From the NCBI GenBank assembly GCA_031255595.1, contig JAIRSF010000245.1, forward strand, positions 1 to 43,348: 43,348 nucleotides of DNA. Direction: 5' to 3'. Source of the stretch: Tannerella sp. (GTDB taxonomy: Bacteria; Bacteroidota; Bacteroidia; Bacteroidales; Tannerellaceae). The notes beneath the pieces were generated by a model that saw only the letters and a list, made by a program, of their open reading frames with translations, was not told where the DNA came from and did no database searches. Below are positions 8,971 through 17,303 of the stretch, one piece after another; position 1 is the first letter of the stretch; each line of letters begins with the position of its first letter. The translations under genes were made by a program, and so were the position numbers.

Positions 8971-9840
8971 TCATTCCATAAGCTTCATAAGATATTGCCC
9001 GTACGGATTCCGGATCATGGGTTGAGCTGCTTTTTTCAGTTGAGCGGCGTCAATCCATTGCTTATGATAAGCGATCTCCTCAAGACAGGCAATTTTCAAT
9101 CCCTGGCGACGTTCTATCACTTCCACAAAACCGGACGCTTCCGACAGGGATTCGTGCGTTCCGGTATCTAACCAGGCGAATCCCCGGCCTAAAAGCATGA
9201 CCCTTAACGCGTCCTCATTCAGAAACACCTGATTGACTGTCGTTATTTCCAGTTCACCGCGGGCGGAAGGTTTTATATTACGAGCCACATCCACAACCTT
9301 ATTCGGATAAAAATACAGGCCTACTACGGCGTAATTCGATTTCGGGTTCTCCGGTTTTTCCTCTATGCTTAACACATTGCCCGCCTCATCGAAAGTCGCC
9401 ACGCCATAACGCTCCGGATCATTCACATAATATCCGAAGACGGTGGCCTTACCTTGTTTCACATTCTCTATCGCCCCTTTGAGCATTTGCGAGAAACTCT
9501 GTCCATAAAATATGTTATCTCCCAATACAAGGCAGACGTCGTCGTCCCCTACAAAATCCGCTCCTATAATAAAAGCCTGCGCCAAACCGTCGGGAGAAGG
9601 CTGTTCCGCATATTCAAAACGGACGCCCAAATCCTCACCGGTTCCGAGAAGACGGCGAAACCCCGGCAAATCCTGCGGAGTGGATATAATGAGAATATCT
9701 CGTATGTCCGCCAGCATAAGAACCGATATCGGATAATAGATCATCGGCTTATCATAGATGGGAAGCATTTGCTTGGATACGCCCTTTGTAATCGGATATA
9801 AACGGGTACCGGATCCTCCGGCCAAAACAATTCCTTTCAT
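8971..9840 (-). CDS. rfbA: Glucose-1-phosphate thymidylyltransferase
   Basis: [48 protein letters not shown]. Confidence 0.97.
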   Translation of the reverse strand: MKGIVLAGGSGTRLYPITKGVSKQMLPIYDKPMIYYPISVLMLADIRDILIISTPQDLPGFRRLLGTGEDLGVRFEYAEQPSPDGLAQAFIIGADFVGDDDVCLVLGDNIFYGQSFSQMLKGAIENVKQGKATVFGYYVNDPERYGVATFDEAGNVLSIEEKPENPKSNYAVVGLYFYPNKVVDVARNIKPSARGELEITTVNQVFLNEDALRVMLLGRGFAWLDTGTHESLSEASGFVEVIERRQGLKIACLEEIAYHKQWIDAAQLKKAAQPMIRNPYGQYLMKLME

Positions 9841-9854
9841 ATTATATATGTATT

Positions 9855-11000
9855 TTATTCGAAACCATCTCTCCGGATTCTTATCTGAATCGCATTACGA
9901 ACCGGCGTTTCATTCACAACAACCAGATACCCGCCCCCTCCGGCGCCCGACAGTTTCCATCCCAGAACCTGCGACTTATAAGCCTCCAACGTATCATTGA
10001 CATCTTTGGAGATCATATTCGGAAACATTTGCAGTTGCGCCTCAAAACTGGCGATGGAAGCGCGGCCCCATCGATTCACATCTTTATTCAGTATCGCCTT
10101 CCAGCAATCTTCGGAGGCGCGGCTCAAAGCCATAGCGCCGTTCGCATCGATATGCGTATTCGCAAGTACGTCATAATCATGCTCGCGGGGATAAAGCGGT
10201 ATCAGCCAGATACGCCGTTCGATCCAGGACAGGAGATCGGGATCCGTCACTTTATCCATTTTCTTCGGCCAGTAATCGTTATCATAAAGAAAACGGTTCA
10301 GGCCCGGCATGACAATCCCCAAAGCATCCTGCGAACCGCTCACATAGGCCGTACCCGGAGGATTCTCAAAACAAAACAGCGTGCGTGCCAGCATTTCCCG
10401 GTCGCCGTCGGGAATATCCGTATGCCATAACTCGATCGCTTTCTTACGGGAACTTGTAGACATACCGCTACGGTCGTTGAACTCATAATCCGGCTCAATA
10501 GAAACCGTAATGACGGAACCGGGATAGTATTTATTCACAAACGGCTGATCCAGCCATCCTCCCGCCAGATCGATCCGGTACGGTATCAGGCACTCTTTAC
10601 GCAAAGCGGTGGTAGAACGCGCCGGAAGCCCGTTATGGGGTATGCGTTCGCTGACAATATACCGGATCCCCAATTGCTTGCAAAACCGCTCTTTTGCCGG
10701 GGAATGGCCGTCGCGGTTCACAAAAAAGATATCCGGCCGAAGCCGTTTTACGTCCTCCGCAAAATCAAGGATACCGTTGCCGCTGTTTATCCAAGCTTCC
10801 TTGACGACCTTCAGGGCGTTTACCATATATAAACGCTCCACGTCCGTATTGATCGTTTTCCGGGCCTTCAACTCCTGAATGGTTTGATCCGAACCGATCC
10901 CTACATATAAGTCGCCATACTGCGCAGCCTCCTCAAAAAAAGCGATATGTCCGCTATGCAACATATCATAACATCCGCTCACAAAAACCTTTTTATGCAT
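9855..11000 (-). CDS. Fusion of a HIGH-type cytidylyl/adenylyltransferase and a GHMP-family sugar kinase
   Basis: N-terminal [11 protein letters not shown]...GIGSD...RSTT; C-terminal [31 protein letters not shown]. Confidence 0.85.
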   Translation of the reverse strand: MHKKVFVSGCYDMLHSGHIAFFEEAAQYGDLYVGIGSDQTIQELKARKTINTDVERLYMVNALKVVKEAWINSGNGILDFAEDVKRLRPDIFFVNRDGHSPAKERFCKQLGIRYIVSERIPHNGLPARSTTALRKECLIPYRIDLAGGWLDQPFVNKYYPGSVITVSIEPDYEFNDRSGMSTSSRKKAIELWHTDIPDGDREMLARTLFCFENPPGTAYVSGSQDALGIVMPGLNRFLYDNDYWPKKMDKVTDPDLLSWIERRIWLIPLYPREHDYDVLANTHIDANGAMALSRASEDCWKAILNKDVNRWGRASIASFEAQLQMFPNMISKDVNDTLEAYKSQVLGWKLSGAGGGGYLVVVNETPVRNAIQIRIRRDGFE

Positions 11001-11032
11001 ATGCACATCCGATCTATTGATTCCAATCGGGG

Positions 11033-11040
11033 CAAAGATA
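11033..11040 (-). promoter_or_regulatory. -7 element (TATCTTTG) for the fusion gene-rfbA operon
   Basis: TAnnTTTG on the minus strand about 32 bp upstream of the ATG. Confidence 0.6.
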
Positions 11041-11151
11041 CAAAATATGTTTAATTTTCGTCATTTTTCCCCTAATATATTCCTGATTCATTTTTTTTTC
11101 ATGTATCTTTACCGTCCGAACTTGTGACATGAACGATTATCTTATTATAGT

Positions 11152-11994
11152 ATGAAAACGACAATTGAAGAACGCTGGGGTACACACCCTGATGACGTAA
11201 AGCATTACGACACAACGCAACTGAGAAAAGAATTTTTGATTGAAAAATTATTCGGAACAGATGAAGTAATCATGGTTTACACGCATAACGACCGGCTGAT
11301 TGTAGGCGGGGCGTTTCCCGTAAAAGAAAACCTGAAGCTGGAAACGGTAGACCTGATCCGTTCCGAATATTTCTGTGAACGGCGCGAAGCCGGTATCGTT
11401 TGTATCGAAAACGAGGGAATCATCTCCGTCGACGGACAGGTATTCGAAATGGCTTACAAAGACGCATTATATGTGGGAAGGGGCGCTAAAGAGGTTATCT
11501 TTCAAAGCAAGGATGCCGCCCATCCGGCTAAATTTTATTTTGCATCATCGCCGGCGCATACGGCATACCCGACCGTTGCCGTTACGAAAGAGATGCGCCG
11601 CACACGCGAACTGGGCATAAAGGCTTTGTCGAACGAGAGAACATTGAATCAATTGATTCTAAGCGAGATCATTCCCTGTTGCCAGTTGCAGATGGGACTG
11701 ACCGAGATCAAAGAAGGAAGCGTATGGAATACCATGCCGCCGCATACCCATTCCCGCAGGATGGAGGCTTATTTTTATTTCAAAGTTCCCGAACAACAGG
11801 CCGTCTGCCATTTTATGGGACAACCCCGGGAAACCAGGCATCTCTTTTTAGGAAACGAACAGGCGGTTATTTCGCCCTCATGGTCTATCCACTCTGCGGC
11901 CGGAACCGGCAACTATACGTTTATCTGGGCTATGTGCGGAGAAAATCTGGATTATGATGATATGGACACTTTTACGGCGGATAAACTCCGATAA
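11152..11994 (+). CDS. kduI: 5-dehydro-4-deoxy-D-glucuronate isomerase
   Basis: LRKEFLI, QLQMGLT, GSVWNTMPPHTHSRRMEAY, SPSWSIHS, WAMCGENLDYDDMD. Confidence 0.96.
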   Translation: MKTTIEERWGTHPDDVKHYDTTQLRKEFLIEKLFGTDEVIMVYTHNDRLIVGGAFPVKENLKLETVDLIRSEYFCERREAGIVCIENEGIISVDGQVFEMAYKDALYVGRGAKEVIFQSKDAAHPAKFYFASSPAHTAYPTVAVTKEMRRTRELGIKALSNERTLNQLILSEIIPCCQLQMGLTEIKEGSVWNTMPPHTHSRRMEAYFYFKVPEQQAVCHFMGQPRETRHLFLGNEQAVISPSWSIHSAAGTGNYTFIWAMCGENLDYDDMDTFTADKLR

Positions 11995-12035
11995 TTAACA
12001 GAGAATATTTTATAAACGTTTAATACACAACGAAC

Positions 12036-13184
12036 ATGAAAAAATTTTGTTTTTTGATTTCAACTTTTATTTTGTTGACCTCATGTAACTCGGGCTTGAA
12101 TATAACGGTAGAGAACCCAAGCGATTTCGATCGTTTGGAAATAGTTGAGATACCGACGGAAAAATTAATGAATCTTCCGGCGGGAAAAGTTTATATTGTA
12201 ACGAACCAACAAGACGAAGTCATCCCGTCGCAAATAACCTACGACGGAAAACTGATATTCCAGACGGATATCAAAGCGAAAGAAACCTTGTCTTATGTGG
12301 TCAAAACAGGTACGCAACCGGTTTTCCCGCCAAAAGTTTACGGACGCCTTATAACGGAACGGAAGGACGATTTCGCCTGGGAAAACGACCGGGTGGCATT
12401 CCGCATCTACGGATTAGCCTTGATTCCTATCGATGGGCCCAGTAACGGGTTGGATATATGGTATAAGAGGACAAATAACCTGATCATCGACAAGTGGTAT
12501 AAAGATGAAATAGGCCGCGTCCGGTCTTATCATGACGACCATGGAGAAGGCCTTGACGACTACAAAGTCGGACGCACCCTCGGAGCGGGCGCGATGGCCC
12601 CGTTTGAAAACGATTCATTGGTGTTGAATGATAATTTCGTCGGTCAGGAGCTTTTCGAAAACGGGCCGTTGCGCACCACTTTCAAGCTGACCTACAAAGA
12701 TATCACGATGGACGGCAAAACATTCGGCGAAAGCCGCACATTCTCGCTCGACGCAGGCTCTCAACTGACAAAAGTAACGCAGGAATACGGTGTTCGTGAT
12801 ACATTAACCGTTGCCGCCGGACTTGTGAAACGCGCGAAGGACGACCAGGCCTATTCGGCTTATACGGAAAACGGAACCGCCGCCATCATATACGAGGAAC
12901 CGGCCAATGAAAAAGCAGGCAAAGTGTATGTCGGCATGGTGTTCCCTACCGGATTAGAAAGAATCACCTCCAATACCTACACCATCCTGCATCCTAAAAG
13001 CAAACAAGAAGAAACCCATTCGCATGCTTTGGGAATAACGTCTTATTATCCCAATCAACCTATTACCTATTATACGGGATATGGGTGGGAAAAATTCGGA
13101 TTTCCAAGCCTTGATTCGTTTCAAAATTATATAGGGCGCTTCGCTAAAGCACTTGAAGAACCCCTGATCGTAAAAATCATGTAA
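12036..13184 (+). CDS. DUF4861 family lipoprotein
   Basis: Lipobox LLTSC; ERKDDFAWENDRVAFRIYG, SYHDDHGEGLDDYKVGRTLGAG. Confidence 0.85.
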   Translation: MKKFCFLISTFILLTSCNSGLNITVENPSDFDRLEIVEIPTEKLMNLPAGKVYIVTNQQDEVIPSQITYDGKLIFQTDIKAKETLSYVVKTGTQPVFPPKVYGRLITERKDDFAWENDRVAFRIYGLALIPIDGPSNGLDIWYKRTNNLIIDKWYKDEIGRVRSYHDDHGEGLDDYKVGRTLGAGAMAPFENDSLVLNDNFVGQELFENGPLRTTFKLTYKDITMDGKTFGESRTFSLDAGSQLTKVTQEYGVRDTLTVAAGLVKRAKDDQAYSAYTENGTAAIIYEEPANEKAGKVYVGMVFPTGLERITSNTYTILHPKSKQEETHSHALGITSYYPNQPITYYTGYGWEKFGFPSLDSFQNYIGRFAKALEEPLIVKIM

Positions 13185-13201
13185 TCAAAATTTAAAAACG
13201 T

Positions 13202-13999
13202 ATGAACAGTCAATTTTCATTAAAAGGTAAAATAGCATTAGTTACGGGAGCTTCTTATGGTATTGGTTTCGCTATTGCGTCGGCGTTAGCCGAAGCCGGG
13301 GCAAAAATCGTTTTCAACGATTTAAGGCCGGATTTAGTGGAAGACGCGGTGGAAAAATACAAAGCGGCAGGCATTGAGGCGCATGGATATGTGTTTGACG
13401 TAACCAACGAAGAAGAAGTTTACTCAATGATTGCCAAGATAGAAAAAGAAGTCGGCGCAGTAGATATACTTGTCAACAACGCGGGGATCATCAAACGTAT
13501 TCCGATGCACGAAATGAGCGCTGAAGAATTTCGCCGGGTGATTGATATTGACCTGAACGGCCCCTTTATCATGGCCAAAGCGGTCATTCCCGCCATGATC
13601 AAAAAAGGACATGGAAAAATTATCAACATCTGCTCTATGATGAGCGAACTTGGACGGGAAACCGTTTCCGCTTATGCCGCCGCTAAAGGAGGCTTAAAGA
13701 TGCTGACGCGCAACATCGCTTCCGAGTACGGAGAATATAATATACAATGTAACGGCATAGGGCCGGGATATATCGCAACTCCGCAAACCGCACCGTTACG
13801 CGAGAAACAGGCGGACGGTTCGCGTCATCCTTTCGATTCTTTCATCATTGCCAAAACGCCGGCAGCGCGCTGGGGAACAACAGACGACCTGAAAGGGCCG
13901 GCCGTCTTCCTGGCTTCCGAAGCATCGAATTTTGTAAACGGCCATATCCTGTATGTGGACGGCGGTATTCTGGCTTACATCGGGAAGCAACCCAAATAA
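13202..13999 (+). CDS. kduD: 2-dehydro-3-deoxy-D-gluconate 5-dehydrogenase / gluconate 5-dehydrogenase (SDR)
   Basis: TGASYGIG, NNAGII, YAAAKGG, NGIGPGY; operon with kduI. Confidence 0.85.
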   Translation: MNSQFSLKGKIALVTGASYGIGFAIASALAEAGAKIVFNDLRPDLVEDAVEKYKAAGIEAHGYVFDVTNEEEVYSMIAKIEKEVGAVDILVNNAGIIKRIPMHEMSAEEFRRVIDIDLNGPFIMAKAVIPAMIKKGHGKIINICSMMSELGRETVSAYAAAKGGLKMLTRNIASEYGEYNIQCNGIGPGYIATPQTAPLREKQADGSRHPFDSFIIAKTPAARWGTTDDLKGPAVFLASEASNFVNGHILYVDGGILAYIGKQPK

Positions 14000-14021
14000 G
14001 CCGTTTCGCAAACAAATCAAA

Positions 14022-14062
14022 AAAGAGAGTGGCGTCACAAACCGTTGACGGCCACTCTCTTT
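14022..14062. terminator. Bidirectional terminator between convergent genes
   Basis: AAAGAGAGTGGC-GTCA...TGAC-G-GCCACTCTCTTT. Confidence 0.85.
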
Positions 14063-14084
14063 GTATTTTGCTCCTGTTTGCAGG

Positions 14085-15197
14085 CTATCCTCCGCCAAAA
14101 TAAAACAAAACGGCAAGAACGGCAGCAAGAACAAGGATCAGAAGCATTATCTTTGGAATACTCCATGGACGCTGTCCGAAAACCTGCCCGGTACGGCCGT
14201 TTACGGCAAAAACATACGATTTATTTTTATAACGGTAAGCGCTTAACCAGACCGGCAGAAGTACGTGTTTGAACTTCACATCGGAATAACGGGTATCCTG
14301 CCGGCGTATACGCTGCTGATTACCTCCTATTTCCGAGCGGACAAGCGCCGAAATATACGATTCCATTTGCTTCTTTGCCTGCGGATAACATTCCCTGAAA
14401 TCTTTTCGGTACAACTCTGTCAGAAACCCACGCATAAACTGTTCATTGTAAGCTACATAATTTTTCCGATCCCAGTTCGTGAGAACTTGTGATATATCAG
14501 GAGGCAAACTATCCGACGCCGGTACAAGTACATCGTCAAACACATAATGCACCGTCCCCGAAACCGGATACCAGTCCGTAACGGTGCGGGTCACCGTTTT
14601 ACCGTTACTTACTCCCCTAACCTGCCGGTTTACTCCGCGCGCACCCTCATATACGGTCACCGTATCCGCATCGTACGTCCAGTAAGGCAGATATACGCCT
14701 TTCATTCGTTCCTGAAGCGATAACTCTCTGGAAAACCCGGAAGGTGCAAACCATCGTGACGAAACCCATTTCCGAAAACGATCATCACACTGTTTTTTCC
14801 CCATTTTAAAAGGCAGCATATATTCGGGTTTCAACGAGCGACGCTGTACGGACTCCTTCAATACGATCGGCGTTCCGCAAAAGGCGCATGTATAAGAAGT
14901 CGTATTTTCGGGAAAGGTCGTATGCGCCCCACACTGGCCGCAGGCAACCTCCGCCACAAGCGTTTCCGCCTTATCTTGCATTTCGGGATGTTTCGACCAT
15001 TCATCGAAATCATGTTCCTCTATCTCCACAGGCGTAAGATCGAGCGGCACTTTCGTACCGCAATACAAACAAATGAGCTGTTCATCTTCGGGAGAATAAA
15101 CAAGTTCGCCGCCACACGAAGGGCATTTGCTCCGTATCGTGTCGACGGATTCTATCGTATTATTTTGTGCTTGACCAGGCACTTCATCTCTTACCAT
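14085..15197 (-). CDS. Zn-ribbon membrane protein (YdjG-like)
   Basis: Four CxxC motifs (CPSCG, CLYCG, CGQCG, CAFCG), YLPYWTYD, LLPVW, VNGRTGQV, C-terminal TM helix. Confidence 0.8.
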   Translation of the reverse strand: MVRDEVPGQAQNNTIESVDTIRSKCPSCGGELVYSPEDEQLICLYCGTKVPLDLTPVEIEEHDFDEWSKHPEMQDKAETLVAEVACGQCGAHTTFPENTTSYTCAFCGTPIVLKESVQRRSLKPEYMLPFKMGKKQCDDRFRKWVSSRWFAPSGFSRELSLQERMKGVYLPYWTYDADTVTVYEGARGVNRQVRGVSNGKTVTRTVTDWYPVSGTVHYVFDDVLVPASDSLPPDISQVLTNWDRKNYVAYNEQFMRGFLTELYRKDFRECYPQAKKQMESYISALVRSEIGGNQQRIRRQDTRYSDVKFKHVLLPVWLSAYRYKNKSYVFAVNGRTGQVFGQRPWSIPKIMLLILVLAAVLAVLFYFGGG

Positions 15198-15206
15198 CAG
15201 TCAGAA

Positions 15207-16361
15207 CTATTCCGGTGATACGGGAGGCGGAGGGGGAGGAATTGAGCCGAACAGATTCGACAGTTCGCCGATTGTACCTGCAGCTTCCCATGCCGGCATA
15301 CCCTGAGTCCAGACCAACGACTGCCGATTAAACTGACCCTGTAGGGCCATCTGCTGAAGTTGTGTCGGGTCAAAAGGCCCGGTCTGCTGCCCGTCTACAG
15401 CTATATAATACATTTTGGGTTGCGGTATCGGGGGAGGTGCGACAGGCGGTTGTTGCAACGGCTGCGTCTGTTGGTTTTGCGGGTTCATCATTTGTTGCGC
15501 CATTTGCCCGGCCATAGCAAAGCCCATACCCATACCCATGGCGTCGCCGGCAGGCGAACCGCCGCCGGATGGATTCTCCGCCCCGGCTTTTAAAGCATCG
15601 GCAAACTGATACTGCGTATATTTCCCCATATCGCCGATAATACCCATACCGGTACGCTTATCAAGCGCTTTTTCCACTTCTTCCGGCAAGGAAACGTTTT
15701 CCACAAGGAACTTCGTAAGCTCAATCCCCAACTCCTCAAAATCCGCCTGAAGATTATCTTTCAGAGCGGCAGAATATTCATTGAGATTGGCGGCAATATC
15801 CAATGCCGCGATTTTTGACTCTCCCAAATGATCCGTAAACTTAGTAATGATGAAATTACGCAACTGTTCCTGTATGCCTTCCGTCGTAAAACTACCCTCC
15901 GTACCGGCCACATTTTTAATGAATTTCGTAGGATCGTTGCTTACCTTGAAACAATAAGTCCCGAACGCACGCATACGGATCGGCCCAAACTCGGGATCGC
16001 GCAGCATGATCGGATTTTTTGTACCCCACTTAAGATTAAGGAATTGTTTGGTATTCACAAAATAGACCTCTACCTTAAAAGGAGAGTTAAAACCATACTT
16101 CCAACCCCTCAGTGTAGACAGGATGGGCATGTTGGCCGTCGTAAGCTGATAACGGCCCGGTTGATAAATATCGGCAAACTTGCCCTGATCTACCAATATG
16201 GCCACCTGCGTTTCGCGCACCGTCAGTTGCGCACCGTTCTTTATTTCATTCTGATACCGGGGAAAACGCCATATAATCGTATCCTGCGTATCATCAAGCC
16301 ATTCAATAATGTCTATAAATTCATTGAACGCTTTTTCCTTAATCTTTCCAAATAATCCCAT
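15207..16361 (-). CDS. SPFH/Band7 (YdjI-like) protein with a C-terminal GYF_2 domain
   Basis: EIKNGAQLTVRE.Q, KWGTKNPI..RDPEFG; YYIAVDGQQTGPF...LVWTQGMPAW; Pro-rich linkers. Confidence 0.87.
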   Translation of the reverse strand: MGLFGKIKEKAFNEFIDIIEWLDDTQDTIIWRFPRYQNEIKNGAQLTVRETQVAILVDQGKFADIYQPGRYQLTTANMPILSTLRGWKYGFNSPFKVEVYFVNTKQFLNLKWGTKNPIMLRDPEFGPIRMRAFGTYCFKVSNDPTKFIKNVAGTEGSFTTEGIQEQLRNFIITKFTDHLGESKIAALDIAANLNEYSAALKDNLQADFEELGIELTKFLVENVSLPEEVEKALDKRTGMGIIGDMGKYTQYQFADALKAGAENPSGGGSPAGDAMGMGMGFAMAGQMAQQMMNPQNQQTQPLQQPPVAPPPIPQPKMYYIAVDGQQTGPFDPTQLQQMALQGQFNRQSLVWTQGMPAWEAAGTIGELSNLFGSIPPPPPPVSPE

Positions 16362-16422
16362 GTTGATGCTATGTTTTTAATGATGAATAGGATTGCAATA
16401 TTACATTATTTTATTCAAAATG

Positions 16423-16480
16423 CAAAATTATTTTTTAACAATATTTTATTTGCAGGTGTCGTTATAAACCGATATCTTTG
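16423..16480. promoter_or_regulatory. Divergent promoters (minus TAATTTTG 16423-16430; plus TTTG-20 bp-TATCTTTG 16449-16480)
   Basis: Consensus matches in the AT-rich divergent spacer. Confidence 0.6.
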
Positions 16481-16509
16481 TCACTATCAAAATTTTAAAA
16501 AAAAGAACA

Positions 16510-17208
16510 ATGCACAAAAAGATCGTCCTGTTATTTCTTCTCATAATCAGTGTAAACGGAATAGCGAACGCCCAGTATTGGAGTAAAGAAGATTCGATCT
16601 GGCTGAAAAATATGCTGGAGGGGGAAGAAATCAAAATAAACGAAGAAACCAAAAAAGCGATAGAAGACGGACGCCTGATTGTGCCCTCGTGGATGAAAAA
16701 TGCGGAAAATCAGCTTGACAAGATTGAGTTGTTAAAAGAATTTGAAGATACAAAAGTCCCCGATTCCGTCAAATTACGGCGCATAGATCCCTACACCATG
16801 CCCCCTGCCGTATTCGCATTATATATTTTGTATATGAGCGAAATCGATTCGATAAGAGAAAGTATGACCTGTATATTATCGAAAGAGGACAGGGAAAAGC
16901 TGGAAGCCTTGCTACCGACCGGTACGGCGCAAGCTTTATCTTTCCGCACATACAATTATAGACCGGGAGGCACCATCTCAACAGACTTCAACCATATATT
17001 ATCCATGGCATTCAGTCCGTTATACAGAAGGAAGATGCACAATGCCAAGCACGCCACCGCCTATAAAAACTATTACGACGAAGGAGCCATCCGACCGGTA
17101 GGCCGCCTTACGGAACATGAAAAAAGACAAATACGCAAAGCCGCAAGGGATTTTAAACCGACAAACATCAACTATCCCGGAATGAAAAGAAACGGCATCG
17201 ATGATTAA
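16510..17208 (+). CDS. Secreted protein, DUF4858-like
   Basis: Signal peptide; W.KEDSIWL.N.L.G.EIKINEETKKAIE.G motif recalled from this family. Confidence 0.6.
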   Translation: MHKKIVLLFLLIISVNGIANAQYWSKEDSIWLKNMLEGEEIKINEETKKAIEDGRLIVPSWMKNAENQLDKIELLKEFEDTKVPDSVKLRRIDPYTMPPAVFALYILYMSEIDSIRESMTCILSKEDREKLEALLPTGTAQALSFRTYNYRPGGTISTDFNHILSMAFSPLYRRKMHNAKHATAYKNYYDEGAIRPVGRLTEHEKRQIRKAARDFKPTNINYPGMKRNGIDD

Positions 17209-17303
17209 AATCCCGGAAGGGAAAAAAACAGCATCCCAACTATCGTTATATTACTTTTTTTTCATATTTTTGCAGGTCAATTTAACACAAACCATATATA
17301 ACG

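Noticed and set aside
8971-9840. rfbA as the marker of a polysaccharide locus
   Set aside because: No rfbBCD, glycosyltransferase or wzx/wzy genes in the window
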